NCBI GenBank assembly: GCA_963807635.1
Contig: CAWEDJ010000032.1
Span: forward strand, 1 to 41,653
Direction: 5' to 3'
Source: an uncultured cyanobacterium
GTDB lineage: Bacteria > Cyanobacteriota > Cyanobacteriia > Cyanobacteriales > Microcystaceae
Length of the DNA: 41,653 nt
Positions within the stretch are counted from its first letter, which is position 1, and every line of letters starts with the position of its first letter. Positions 11,325 through 21,987 of the stretch are shown piece by piece. A model generated the notes under the pieces. That model worked only from the letters and a program-made list of their open reading frames with translations, searched no databases and was not told where the DNA came from. A program made the translations under genes and the position numbers.

Positions 11325-11912
11325 ATGATGAAATACAACCCTGAATATCATCATCGCCGTTCAATACGGCTTCAGGGTTACGATTATTCCCAAACAGGCA
11401 TTTATTTTGTCACCATTTGTACCCATCAACGTCAATGTTTATTCGGAGAAATTCGTAACGGGAAAATGATTTTTAATCAAATCGGAAAAATCGTTTCCCA
11501 AGAATGGTTAAAATCCGCAGAGATTCGCCAAGAAATTATATTAGATGAATGGATAATCATGCCCAATCATTTACACGAAATTGTGGCAATTGACAAAAAA
11601 GAAAATTTTCAAGGCGAAGATTATTTTAAGGGCGCAAGCCTTCCGCCCCTACAGGAAGATAAACGCAAACCGAAATCATTATCATCATTTATTGGGGGTT
11701 TTAAATCTTCTGTTACCAAAAGAATTAAGCCTATTTGTGATCATCCTAATCCCGTTATTTGGCAACGCAATTATTATGAAAGCATTGTGAGAGATGAAAA
11801 TCAATTAAATCAGATTAGACAATATATTATTAATAATCCTCAAAAATGGGATGAAGACCCTGAAAAACCTGATAACCTTTCTACAGAAATACTAACGGAT
11901 TTGTATTTTTAA
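11325..11912 (+). CDS. REP-associated tyrosine transposase (RAYT / TnpA-REP)
   Basis: RRSIRLQGYDYS, YFVTICT, HUH motif MPNHLH, FKS, WQRNYYE and YIINNP; REPs lie beside and inside the gene. Confidence 0.9.
   Translation: MMKYNPEYHHRRSIRLQGYDYSQTGIYFVTICTHQRQCLFGEIRNGKMIFNQIGKIVSQEWLKSAEIRQEIILDEWIIMPNHLHEIVAIDKKENFQGEDYFKGASLPPLQEDKRKPKSLSSFIGGFKSSVTKRIKPICDHPNPVIWQRNYYESIVRDENQLNQIRQYIINNPQKWDEDPEKPDNLSTEILTDLYF
11630..11652 (-). repeat. REP embedded in the RAYT coding sequence
   Basis: gggcgcaagccttccgcccctac, the reverse complement of a GTAG REP; translated as GASLPPL. Confidence 0.75.
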
Positions 11913-12051
11913 GGCGATTTTTAAGGCAATTGGTAATGGGGATTATCTTTGATTCAACTAAATCCCTGCGATCGCCTCTTCATGGATTAAGAAAAACGCG
12001 ATCGCATCTACAACAATTATTTCAGGAGAATTCTCATCAATTCCTAAATTC

Positions 12052-12819
12052 CTACCGTGAATTCCTCCGCAACGGCACAAACCGCACTGGAATCGTTCTT
12101 TCTGTAATTATCCCCTCCTGGGTCTTCGTCATCACGATGATCTCTTGATAATCTTTCCCCACTGGAATTACCATTTTGCCGTTCATTGCCAATTGCTCAA
12201 TTAAAGATTGGGGGATGTGTTCGGGCGCGGCCGTAACCAGAATTGCATCGTAGGGCGCGTATTTTAGCCACCCTTCATATCCGTCACCTGCCTTGACCTG
12301 AACATCGTCATAACCAAGGGCTTTGAGAGTGCGACTCGCCTGTTCCGCGAGTTGGGGGATAATTTCAATAGTGTAAACTTTTTTCGCTAATTCACCCAAT
12401 ACCGCCGCCTGATAGCCACAGCCTGTCCCAATTTCTAATACCTTGTCCTCTGGAGAAATCTCCGCCGCCTCAGTCATGTAGGCGACAATATAAGGTTGAG
12501 AAATGGTTTGACCATAATCGATGGAGAGGGGATAATCCCCGTGAGCAAGGTGAGCCAGGGATGGATCGACAAACCGATGGCGGGGAACGGTCAACATCGC
12601 TTCTAGGACGGCTTTATCCTTAATCCCCCGCGCCTGAATCTGATATTGCACCATGTACTGGCGATAAAGGGTAAACTCTTCGGCAGTCAGGTCTGCGTCC
12701 TTTTCTGTCGGGGATGGTAAATTTTGATTCCCTGGCATCCAACTGGGTAAGCCTGAAAGGAGTAGCAAACAGAGCAATAAAATTGTGGAGATAAACATAC
12801 CGATAACCTCCCTTTTCAT
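12052..12819 (-). CDS. pcm: Protein-L-isoaspartate O-methyltransferase with hydrophobic N-terminal extension
   Basis: VPRHRFV, GQTISQPYIVA, VLEIGTGCGYQAA, APYDAILVTAA and VRFVPL. Confidence 0.93.
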   Translation of the reverse strand: MKREVIGMFISTILLLCLLLLSGLPSWMPGNQNLPSPTEKDADLTAEEFTLYRQYMVQYQIQARGIKDKAVLEAMLTVPRHRFVDPSLAHLAHGDYPLSIDYGQTISQPYIVAYMTEAAEISPEDKVLEIGTGCGYQAAVLGELAKKVYTIEIIPQLAEQASRTLKALGYDDVQVKAGDGYEGWLKYAPYDAILVTAAPEHIPQSLIEQLAMNGKMVIPVGKDYQEIIVMTKTQEGIITERTIPVRFVPLRRNSR

Positions 12820-13061
12820 CAGAGTTTAATCGGGAGCAACTACCCCACTTCTATTGTATTTCTCTAAGCGTGGATGTCATAAGTAATTGCCACACATCAT
12901 CGGCGGTTGTTGTCATAATCTGGATCTCTATCAATTTCCCTATTCATAATTTTATCTTTTTTAATCGCGATCGCCTTTTCCCGTGAGATAAAAACGCGAT
13001 CTCCATTAGCATAGATTGGATATGATGGAAGTCTAAGCGATCGCTCTTTGGCTGAATCATC

Positions 13062-15878
13062 ATGTCTTCTGATGCGCCGTCAGATTTTACTATGTCCCCC
13101 ATTTCTCGCATTTCCTGGCAAGCCATTCCAGAAGAACAAGCCCTTGCCCTACTCAATAGCGATCGCCAAGCAGGGTTAAGTCTGATTCAGGTCAAGGAAA
13201 AACAACGGACTTACGGCAAAAATGAACTGATACAGCTAGGAATACGAAGTTCCTGGACAATTTTTATTGATCAGTTTAGTAACGTGATGTTATTAATGCT
13301 GATTGCGGTTGCCCTCATCTCTGCGGCAATGGATATCTATCACAGCATGAGTTCCCAATCCTTTGTTTTCCCCAAGGATGCGATCGCGATTTTAGTGATT
13401 GTTCTGCTCAATGGCATTTTGGGCTACCTTCAGGAAAGCCGAGCCGAAAAAGCCCTCGCTGCCTTCCGAAATCTTTCTTCATCCAAAGTACGGGTGATTC
13501 GTCAATCTAAAATTCAAGAAATTGATTCCCAGGAATTAGTGCCTGGAGATTTGATGTTATTAGAAACAGGGGTCAAGGTTCCTGCGGATGGGCGTATTTT
13601 AGAACTAAGTCATTTACAAATTAGAGAGTCAACAATCACAGGAGAATCGGAAGCCGTTAGGAAACAATGTATCGATCGCTTACCGGAAGATATTCCCCTC
13701 GGCGATCGCCTGAATCTTGTTTTCTCTGGAACAGAAGTCGTCCAGGGAAAAGGCACAATTTTAGTCGCAGAAACGGGAATGCGGACAGAACTAGGACAAA
13801 TTGCGACGGAGATTCAATCGATTGAAGCCGAACCAACCCCTCTACAAAAACGCATGACTCAATTGGGTAATGCTCTGGTGACAGGCTCCCTGATTCTGGT
13901 GGCTTTAGTGATCGGCATAGGAACCTTCATCCGTCCCCAACTTTTTTTACAATTAGTAGAAGTTTCCTTAAGTATGGCGGTTGCCGTTGTCCCCGAAGGA
14001 TTGCCTGCGGTTATTACCGTGACCCTCGCTCTCGGAACCCAACGCATGGTCAAGCGTAACGCCCTTATTCGGAAACTGACCGCAGTGGAAACCCTGGGGT
14101 CTGTTACGACTATTTGTTCTGATAAAACGGGAACCCTAACCCTCAACAAAATGGTGATCCAGTCTGTGTTTACCCACTCTCGGCCGTTGCGAGTCACCGG
14201 AGAAGGCTATTGTCCCGATGGTAGTTTTCAGTCTGAAGCATTGGATAGGATCGACCCCCAATCCCAACCCGAATTACAAACCCTGATGACTGCCTGTGTC
14301 GTCTGCAATGATGCGGTTTTACACAAAAAAAAAGAAGATTGGGTGATTATGGGAGACCCCACCGAAGGGGCGTTATTAGTAGTGGCGGGGAAAGCGGGAT
14401 TTTTTCGGAAAGAAATCGATTTAAAATATTTGCGTATTGCCGAGTTTCCTTTTGATTCAGAGCGAAAACGCATGAGTGTCATTGTTTCAGAAGGGTCAAT
14501 ACCTGGGTTTACCTTATTTGTGAAAGGCTCCCCCGAATCCCTCTTAGAATGCTGTACCCAGATGCAAAAGGGCGATCGCATCCAACCCTTGACCCCAGCA
14601 ATACGCGATCGCATTCTAGAAGAAAATAACTATTTAGCCCGTCGGGGATTGAGAGTTTTAGGAGTTGCCCGTCACTCTTTGCAGGAAGTCCCCAAAACCC
14701 AAACCGAAGCCGAACGAGATTTAACCTGGCTCGGATTAGTGGGAATGTTGGATGCGCCCCGTCCCGAAGTCCGAGAAGCAGTGAAACGATGCCATCTTGC
14801 GGGAATTCGTCCTGTGATGATTACGGGCGACCATCCCCTCACGGCCCAGGCGATCGCCGAAGATCTTGGTATTATTGCATCGGGGAATCATAATTTGGTC
14901 TTAACAGGGCAGGAATTAGAAGCCTACAGCGATCGCGAACTAGATCAGTTAGTTAAAAAAATCAACGTCTATGCCAGGGTTTCCTCTCACCATAAACTCC
15001 GTATTGTCCAGGCTCTGCGCCGCCAAAATCAAGTGGTTGCCATGACAGGGGATGGGGTAAATGATGCCCCCGCCCTCAAACAAGCCGATATTGGCGTGGC
15101 GATGGGAATAACGGGAACTGATGTTACGAAAGAAGCCAGTGATATGGTATTGCTAGATGATAACTTTGCCACCATTATTGCCGCGATCGAGGAAGGGCGG
15201 GTGGTTTATAACAATATTCGGCGTTTTATTCGTTATATCCTGGGCAGTAACATTGGAGAAATGCTGACCATTGCTTCGGTTCCCCTACTGGGATTAAGTG
15301 ATCTTCCCCTTTCTCCTTTGCAAATTCTTTGGATGAATCTTGTTACCGATGGCGTTCCTGCTCTCGCTCTCGCCGTTGAACCAGGTCATTCGGCCATTAT
15401 GAGAGAATCTCCTAAAAATCCCCAGGAAGGTATCTTTGCTAGGGGATTGGGATTTTATATCGTGCGGATAGGTATGATTTTAGCGACCGTTGCGATCGCC
15501 CTAATGCTGTGGGGCTACGACTATACTCCCCTCCATACCAACAACGGAACCTTAGAACCCGATCGCTGGAAAACAATGGTTTTTACTATGCTTTGTCTTT
15601 CCCAAATGGGCCATGCCTTAGCCGTGCGCTCCCTGAGCCGAATGACCATCGAACTGAATCCCTTTTCCAATCCCTTTTTACTGATTTCTATTATCATCAC
15701 TTCCCTCTTACAGCTTTCTTTTGTTTACGTTGAACCCCTACGAAATTTCTTTGGAACCCAATATTTACCCTTAAATGAATTACTCATTTGTTTAGGATTT
15801 AGTAGCTTAGTTTTTGTCTGGGTAGAAATCGAAAAAATCCTTTATCGTTGGTCGCGATCGCACCAAAAACGGGATTGA
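13062..15878 (+). CDS. Cation-transporting P-type ATPase (type IIA, Ca2+/PacL-like)
   Basis: [37 protein letters not shown] and WMNLVTDG. Confidence 0.93.
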   Translation: MSSDAPSDFTMSPISRISWQAIPEEQALALLNSDRQAGLSLIQVKEKQRTYGKNELIQLGIRSSWTIFIDQFSNVMLLMLIAVALISAAMDIYHSMSSQSFVFPKDAIAILVIVLLNGILGYLQESRAEKALAAFRNLSSSKVRVIRQSKIQEIDSQELVPGDLMLLETGVKVPADGRILELSHLQIRESTITGESEAVRKQCIDRLPEDIPLGDRLNLVFSGTEVVQGKGTILVAETGMRTELGQIATEIQSIEAEPTPLQKRMTQLGNALVTGSLILVALVIGIGTFIRPQLFLQLVEVSLSMAVAVVPEGLPAVITVTLALGTQRMVKRNALIRKLTAVETLGSVTTICSDKTGTLTLNKMVIQSVFTHSRPLRVTGEGYCPDGSFQSEALDRIDPQSQPELQTLMTACVVCNDAVLHKKKEDWVIMGDPTEGALLVVAGKAGFFRKEIDLKYLRIAEFPFDSERKRMSVIVSEGSIPGFTLFVKGSPESLLECCTQMQKGDRIQPLTPAIRDRILEENNYLARRGLRVLGVARHSLQEVPKTQTEAERDLTWLGLVGMLDAPRPEVREAVKRCHLAGIRPVMITGDHPLTAQAIAEDLGIIASGNHNLVLTGQELEAYSDRELDQLVKKINVYARVSSHHKLRIVQALRRQNQVVAMTGDGVNDAPALKQADIGVAMGITGTDVTKEASDMVLLDDNFATIIAAIEEGRVVYNNIRRFIRYILGSNIGEMLTIASVPLLGLSDLPLSPLQILWMNLVTDGVPALALAVEPGHSAIMRESPKNPQEGIFARGLGFYIVRIGMILATVAIALMLWGYDYTPLHTNNGTLEPDRWKTMVFTMLCLSQMGHALAVRSLSRMTIELNPFSNPFLLISIIITSLLQLSFVYVEPLRNFFGTQYLPLNELLICLGFSSLVFVWVEIEKILYRWSRSHQKRD

Positions 15879-15918
15879 ATTAAGATTACTTAATCGCTCC
15901 TAAGTCGATGGGTTTACA

Positions 15919-16144
15919 GATCCCCCCGTCCTACGCACACCCCCCTTATTAAGCTACTGTGTACACACATCTTCCCCTAAACCTCATTCTGCCCCCCCAG
16001 CCCCCCAACTTTGGGGGGAGTTCGGAGCATTTCTGAGTTCAAAGTCCCCCAGAATTGGGGGATTTAGGGGGCTAGATTAGGTTAAACAGAAAACCAAAAA
16101 CTTGTGTGTACACGGTAGCCTTATTAAGGGGGGCAGGGGGGATC
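15919..16144. repeat. Cyanobacterial GC-hairpin dispersed repeat (gatcccccc..ccccttattaaggggg..ggggatc) split by a MITE
   Basis: Removing the insert restores cccccttattaagggggg. A related copy lies at 31732-31822. Confidence 0.7.
15954..16118. mobile_element. 165-bp MITE (Nezha-like size and target duplication length)
   Basis: Terminal repeats ctactgtgtacacaca / tgtgtgtacacggtag (15/16); 10-bp target duplication ccttattaag at 15944-15953 and 16119-16128. Confidence 0.85.
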
Positions 16145-16183
16145 GAGTGGAAAATCTATCTTCTATTTAATTACAATCATCCC

Positions 16184-17000
16184 CTATATTGCCTGAATAA
16201 GTTTCAAAGCCGCTTGATGTAAATCACAATTAGAAGCCGCTAAAACTTCCGTTGAATGCTGATTTAATGCTTTGCCTGACCAATCTGTTATTATACCGCC
16301 CGTCCCTTCAATAATGGGAATTAAAGCACAAAAATCATAATATTTCATATCTGATTCCAGAATAACGAGGGGCATCGCTGTCCATCCCGAAGCTAGGGAT
16401 AAATAGTTATAGCAATCTCCCCCAAAGGCCGTCCGTTTACAGATAGTTTGTAGTCGAGACGCGATTCGCCTTTTGTCGGGGAGTAATAAACATTAAAGGT
16501 GTGGTAGAAGTCAGACAAGCTTCTGCCAGATACCAATGATTTTCTATGGTGTAGGAATTCGTTAATAATTGATGATTTAAAAGGGTTTGTTCGCCCCTAA
16601 TTCCCTGCCATCTTTCCCGACTAATGGGTTGATCCGCAATGCCCAAAACGGTTTTTCCTGCTTGATCCACTAATCCAATCAACGTGCCAAAAATCGGTAA
16701 CCCCTTCACAAAAGACGAGGTTCCATCAATGGGATCAATCACCCAATAATAGCCACTTTGGGAAAGCTGATTTTCCCCTTCTTCCCGAATAATGCCGTCT
16801 TGGGGAAAGATTTGCGTTAAATAGTCCACCATTGCCTGTTCTGCTTTTTGATCTGCAATCGTTACAATAGAGGAAGTCTCTCCCGTCTTGGTTTGGGACG
16901 TTAAATGCGATCGCCGAAAATAACGACGAATCACTTCCCCCGATAGATCCGCTAGGGTATGGGCAACTTCTAAACGCTGATTAAATTCAATTTTGTTCAT
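16184..17000 (-). CDS. Inositol monophosphatase-family protein, probable histidinol-phosphate phosphatase (apparent +1 frameshift near 16465)
   Basis: VTIADQKAE, EEG, WVIDPIDGTSSF, then GGDCYNY and YYDFCALIPIIEGTGG in the second frame. The extra base lies inside a HIP1 site (gcgattcgc). Confidence 0.85.
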
Positions 17001-17012
17001 CTTTAATCTTTA

Positions 17013-17114
17013 TAAGCTGTCACGAATTTAGATTGCATAATGATTTTGCTGAATGTCTTGTAACAAGGGGCTTAAGCCCCTTGCCTGTATGCGTTGTAGA
17101 TAATTAACAGTTTA
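17013..17114 (+). mobile_element. 102-bp MITE-like repeat with central 20-bp palindrome, copy A
   Basis: Ends taagctgt..acagttta; core caaggggcttaagccccttg; three copies in the window. Confidence 0.8.
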
Positions 17115-17381
17115 GAAATCTTTATGAGATTCTTTTGCTCAATCTCACGTTACCTTAAGACTTGTCTAAATAAAAGCTGAAAAGTTGGTTGATTACTCAG
17201 AGCGATCGCGTCTAAAACGAGGCTGAACGCTCCAACACTCATCTCGCTTAACAAAATTTTATACAGTTATAGACCCAATCCCCTTGTCCTAAAGCCCAAT
17301 TCAGTCTAAATTTCAAAGAGATAGAAAAAAACTTTAACGTCTTTCGTTTATCAATCAACGATAAGAAAACTAGGAGAAACC

Positions 17382-18665
17382 ATGAATGTTGCCGTTGTGG
17401 GACTTAGCCATAAAACAGCCCCTGTTGAAATTCGTGAAAAACTCAGTATCCAGGAAGCCAAGATAGAAGAAGCGATCGCCCACCTGCGCGGTTATCCCCA
17501 CATCGAAGAAGTTGCCATCATTAGCACCTGCAATCGACTTGAAATTTACGCCGTCGTGACGGAAACCGAGAAAGGCGTTACCGAAATCACCCAATTTTTA
17601 TCCGAAACGGCCCATATTCCCCTCCAACAATTGCGCCGTTACCTTTTCACCTTGCTCCATCAAGATTCCGTGCGTCACCTCATGCGGGTCGCGGGGGGCT
17701 TAGAAAGTTTAGTCTTAGGAGAAGGACAAATTCTTGCCCAGGTTCGCAATACCCACAAATTAGGGCAGAAATACAAGGGCATTAACCGTTTATTAGACCG
17801 TTTATTCAAACAAGCGATCACCGCAGGACGCAGGGTTCGCACGGAAACCAGTATTGGCACAGGAGCCGTTTCCATCTCTTCGGCGGCGGTAGAACTTGTC
17901 CATAGCAAAGTTGACCTAACGACCCAGAAAATCGCCATTATCGGGGCGGGTAAAATGTCCTGTTTATTGGTGAAACATTTATTGGCCAAGGGCGCGACGG
18001 ATATCACCATTGTTAACCGTTCCCATCGTCGTTCCGAAGAATTAGCGGCTCAGTTTCCCCAGGCAACCCTCAATCTCCAAGCCTTAACCGAGATGTTACC
18101 GATTGTGGGCGAGTCTGACATTGTTTTTACCAGCACAGGCGCGACGGAACCCATTTTAAATCGGGCTAATCTGACTGCCTGTATCCCAGAAAATCACTCG
18201 GTCATGTTAGTTGATATTTCCGTTCCCCGTAATGTGGATTCGGATGTTAACGGTATGACGGGGGTGATTGCGTATAACGTGGATGATTTAAAGGCAGTCG
18301 TGGCTCAAAACCATGCTAGTCGTCGCAAAATGGCCCAGGAAGCGGAAATTCTCCTCGAAGAAGAGGTAGAAGCCTTTGAACTCTGGTGGCGATCGCTGGA
18401 TACGGTTCCGACTATTAGTTGTTTGCGGAGTAAGGTCGAGGATATTCGGGAGCAGGAGTTAGAAAAAGCCCTTTCCCGACTCGGTACGGAATTTGCGGAA
18501 AAACATCAAGAAGTGATTGAAGCTCTGACCAGGGGAATTGTTAATAAAATCCTCCATGAGCCGATGGTGCAACTCCGCGCCCAACAAGACATTGAGGCCC
18601 GTAAACACTGTCTGCAATCGCTCCAGATGTTGTTTGATCTAGATGTGAGTGAACAATACGGTTAA
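17382..18665 (+). CDS. hemA: Glutamyl-tRNA reductase
   Basis: [41 protein letters not shown] and DISVPRN. Confidence 0.97.
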   Translation: MNVAVVGLSHKTAPVEIREKLSIQEAKIEEAIAHLRGYPHIEEVAIISTCNRLEIYAVVTETEKGVTEITQFLSETAHIPLQQLRRYLFTLLHQDSVRHLMRVAGGLESLVLGEGQILAQVRNTHKLGQKYKGINRLLDRLFKQAITAGRRVRTETSIGTGAVSISSAAVELVHSKVDLTTQKIAIIGAGKMSCLLVKHLLAKGATDITIVNRSHRRSEELAAQFPQATLNLQALTEMLPIVGESDIVFTSTGATEPILNRANLTACIPENHSVMLVDISVPRNVDSDVNGMTGVIAYNVDDLKAVVAQNHASRRKMAQEAEILLEEEVEAFELWWRSLDTVPTISCLRSKVEDIREQELEKALSRLGTEFAEKHQEVIEALTRGIVNKILHEPMVQLRAQQDIEARKHCLQSLQMLFDLDVSEQYG

Positions 18666-19522
18666 GTTGTTCCCTTAAATAAACCCTGGGGTCGTACCAA
18701 TAAAATCACAATCATAATCAGGAGGGCGACTCCTACTTTGTAATCGGGGCCAAACCAAGGCACACTCAATTCCTGCACAATGCCGATGATTAAGCCGCCC
18801 GCGATCGCGCCGTAGGGATTACCGATCCCACCCAGAATAACAGAGGAAAACATGGGTAAAATCAAAAACCAGCCCATATTGGGTTTAATCGTGGTAATGA
18901 GTCCATACATCGAGCCACCCATTGCGGTTAAAACTGCCGTAATCACCCAAGTCCAAATAACGACCCATTCCACATTAATTCCCGAAACTCTCGCTAAATC
19001 AATATTGTCTGCCACCGCTCGCATGGCTTTACCGACCTTGGTTTTTTGCAACAACAAATGCAAGGCAATCATCGCGACAAAAGCCAGAACAATTACCACT
19101 AATCGATTATATTCCAGTCTTAATCCCAAAATTTCTTGAGCCGTTACCACAGGAAGATCGTAATTTTGGTTATTGCCACCCCATACGAATAAAACCCCGT
19201 TTCTCAAAAATAGGGCCAGCCCAATGGAGATAATAATCAACGTAGTAGAAGTCGCTCGGCGATCGCGCATCGGCTTCCAGAGTAACCATTCCGAGATCAG
19301 CATGGCAATAATCGTACCGACTGCACCCACTCCCATCGATAACCAAATATTCACCCCATTAGTATTAGCAACCCAGGTAAAATAGGCTCCCAGGGTCATA
19401 AAATCACCATGAGCAAAGTTAGACAGTCGCAAAATGCCACAGGTTAAAGTTAGTCCGACTGCGGCCAAAGCAATAATGCTACCCAGGGCAATTCCATTAA
19501 AAAGTAGTTGAGCTGTTTCCAT
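18662..19522 (-). CDS. natD: Neutral/branched-chain amino acid ABC transporter permease (LivH/NatD-like)
   Basis: [33 protein letters not shown] and RPQGLF. Confidence 0.85.
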   Translation of the reverse strand: METAQLLFNGIALGSIIALAAVGLTLTCGILRLSNFAHGDFMTLGAYFTWVANTNGVNIWLSMGVGAVGTIIAMLISEWLLWKPMRDRRATSTTLIIISIGLALFLRNGVLFVWGGNNQNYDLPVVTAQEILGLRLEYNRLVVIVLAFVAMIALHLLLQKTKVGKAMRAVADNIDLARVSGINVEWVVIWTWVITAVLTAMGGSMYGLITTIKPNMGWFLILPMFSSVILGGIGNPYGAIAGGLIIGIVQELSVPWFGPDYKVGVALLIMIVILLVRPQGLFKGTT

Positions 19523-19642
19523 TCCGTCTCAATTGGCGATGAATACTGATTGCTTTCTAAAAATACACCGAATCGAACAAATTGCACCATAAGAATTAAC
19601 AGTTATCACTCGACGAGTACAAAATGTTATTCTAAAAAGACT

Positions 19643-20116
19643 ATGGGTAATGAAAAAGACACGATCAAAATAATTAGCGATAACCGCCAGGCGCGTCACC
19701 TCTACGAAATCCTCGAAACCTACGAAGTGGGAATAGAACTCAAGGGAACAGAGGTGAAGTCGATTCGGGCAGGCCAGGTCAACCTCCGTGATGGTTATGT
19801 TTTATTGCGGCGGAGTGAGGCCTGGTTAATTAACGTTCATATTTCTCCCTACGAGGCGAGTGGTCAGTATTTTAATCACGATCCCCGCAGAACTCGTAAA
19901 CTGTTGTTGCATAGTCGGGAAATTCGGAAATTAATTGGGCAAGTGGAACAAAAAGGGTTAACCCTCGTTCCGCTCAAAATGTATATGAAGGGCAGTTGGG
20001 TTAAGCTCACGATTGGCTTGGGCAAGGGTAAAAAGCTCCACGATAAACGGGATGATATCAAACGTCGGGATGATAACCGCGATATTGCCAGAGCCATGAA
20101 GCGGGATTACGATTGA
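19643..20116 (+). CDS. smpB: SsrA-binding protein
   Basis: [24 protein letters not shown] and GKKLHDKR; start placed at ATG 19643. Confidence 0.97.
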   Translation: MGNEKDTIKIISDNRQARHLYEILETYEVGIELKGTEVKSIRAGQVNLRDGYVLLRRSEAWLINVHISPYEASGQYFNHDPRRTRKLLLHSREIRKLIGQVEQKGLTLVPLKMYMKGSWVKLTIGLGKGKKLHDKRDDIKRRDDNRDIARAMKRDYD

Positions 20117-20259
20117 TCATTTTCGCTCCTAATCACTCAATTTTTGGTGACAAGTCAGTATTTCCTATAAGTTATGACAATGGCTGATTAGCTACAGTTT
20201 AATTTGATTTTTTTAGAGAAAATAAAGGCTTAGGCTTTTTAGTGTCTCCAAAAAATCCG

Positions 20260-21975
20260 ATGAAACCCCGTATTATTATTTGTGGCTTAGGGAAGACGGG
20301 CTATAAAATTTTTAGTTTACTCAAACAACAGGGGGCGGCGGTCACGGGGATCTCTGATCGACCTCTTCCAGGGATCAATAGTGACAAGATTATTCTGGGA
20401 GAGCTGCGATCGCCGAGTACCCTGATCGCGGCTCAGATCCAATCGGCCCATACCCTCGTTTTGACGACCAGTGATGATGCGCTAAATTTAGCCGTTTTAA
20501 CCCAGGCCCGTATTCTCAATCCCCGTATTCGCATTATTAATCGCCTGTTTAACCATGCCCTGGGAGAACGACTGGATCATACTCTGCCCGATCATGTGAG
20601 CTTGAGTGTTTCGTCCCTAGCGGCTCCGATTTTTTCCTTTGCGGCCTTGGGTAATAAGGCGATCGGGCAATTGCGGCTGTTTAATAAAACCTGGGCCATT
20701 CAGGAAGTCATTATCGATGAAGCTCATCCTTGGCTGGGGTTGAAATTGGGGGAACTTTGGGATGATCCGAGTCGAATGCTGATTTATTATCTGCCTGCCT
20801 ATGAAGAAATGGATCTGATTACGGCGGTGGTCAATAATCAATCGATCGTTAAGGGCGATCATCTTATTGTGGGGGTAAAGCCCGAAATTCGCAAAAAAAC
20901 TCGTTCTCTAGAGAAAAAATTATCTAAGGCGATTATTAATCTACGGCAATATCAACACTATGTCCGACCTGTGCTGTGGGTTTCTCTCTGTTTACTCTTG
21001 ATGATTAGCACGGCTACCCTGACCTACGTTTCGATTAATCCTAAAGTCTCGATGGTGGACTCGCTCTATTTTTCTGTCGGGATGATTACGGGAGCGGGAG
21101 GAAAGGAAGAAGTTGCTGAAAAATCCCCTGATGCGATTAAGGTTTTTACGGCAGTTTCCATGATTGCGGGGGCAGGCGTGATTGGGATTTGTTATGCCCT
21201 GCTCAATGATTTCATTTTGGGGAGTCGTTTTAAGCAATTTCTCGATGCGGCGAAGGTTCCCACTCGTCATCATTATATTGTTTGTGGCTTGGGTTCCATT
21301 GGCATGGCTATTGTGCAGCAATTACAGAGTCAGGGTCATGAGGTGGTGGTGATTGAGTCCGATCCGAATAATCGTTTTTTGCATTCGGCGCGATCGCTGG
21401 GAGTCCCGATTATTGCCGCCGATGCTAGGGTAGAAGCGAGTTTAAAAGCGGCTAATATTACTAAAGCAGAGTCGATCATTGTCGTCACCAGTAGCGATAT
21501 GGGAAACCTAGAAGTTGCCCTCACTGCTAAGGCGATCGCGCCCCAAATCAGAGTCATTCTGCGGACTCAGGATGCCCAATTTGGCCAATCGGTACAAGAA
21601 GTTTTTGATTTTGATGTGGTCTTGTGTCCCTCGGATCTGGCGACCTATTCCTTTGCGGCGGCGGCCCTGGGCGGAAAAATTTTAGGTAATGGCATGACTG
21701 ATGATTTGCTTTGGGTGGCTTTGGCGACCTTGATTACTCCTAATCATCCCTTTTGTCATAAAACGGTCAAGGAAGCGGCTATGGACTCGGATTTTGTTCC
21801 CCTTTATCTAGAGCGGGGTGAACAGACGATCCATAGTTGGGAATTGCTAGAAATCACCCTAAGCGAAGGAGACGCGCTCTATTTGACCATGCCCGCGACC
21901 AAACTCTACCAATTATGGCGCACCGCAAACCCGACCTTTGGGGATTCTTCTTTGTCCGAGTTCTTGGCAGCTTAG
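20260..21975 (+). CDS. Potassium channel-family protein with two RCK/TrkA-N domains
   Basis: IIICGLGKTG and YIVCGLGSIG Rossmann motifs flank a TM-pore-TM segment (DSLYFSVGMITGAGG). Confidence 0.85.
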   Translation: MKPRIIICGLGKTGYKIFSLLKQQGAAVTGISDRPLPGINSDKIILGELRSPSTLIAAQIQSAHTLVLTTSDDALNLAVLTQARILNPRIRIINRLFNHALGERLDHTLPDHVSLSVSSLAAPIFSFAALGNKAIGQLRLFNKTWAIQEVIIDEAHPWLGLKLGELWDDPSRMLIYYLPAYEEMDLITAVVNNQSIVKGDHLIVGVKPEIRKKTRSLEKKLSKAIINLRQYQHYVRPVLWVSLCLLLMISTATLTYVSINPKVSMVDSLYFSVGMITGAGGKEEVAEKSPDAIKVFTAVSMIAGAGVIGICYALLNDFILGSRFKQFLDAAKVPTRHHYIVCGLGSIGMAIVQQLQSQGHEVVVIESDPNNRFLHSARSLGVPIIAADARVEASLKAANITKAESIIVVTSSDMGNLEVALTAKAIAPQIRVILRTQDAQFGQSVQEVFDFDVVLCPSDLATYSFAAAALGGKILGNGMTDDLLWVALATLITPNHPFCHKTVKEAAMDSDFVPLYLERGEQTIHSWELLEITLSEGDALYLTMPATKLYQLWRTANPTFGDSSLSEFLAA

Positions 21976-21987
21976 AAAACTTCAACC

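Noticed and set aside
13859..14614. Antisense ORFs within the P-type ATPase (and similar ones in hemA, natD and the channel gene)
   Set aside because: Shadow ORFs of well-supported genes with no recognisable motifs.
19550..19642. N-terminal extension of SmpB shown in the ORF track
   Set aside because: It starts at a TTG and has no SmpB-like sequence; ATG 19643 gives a normal length.
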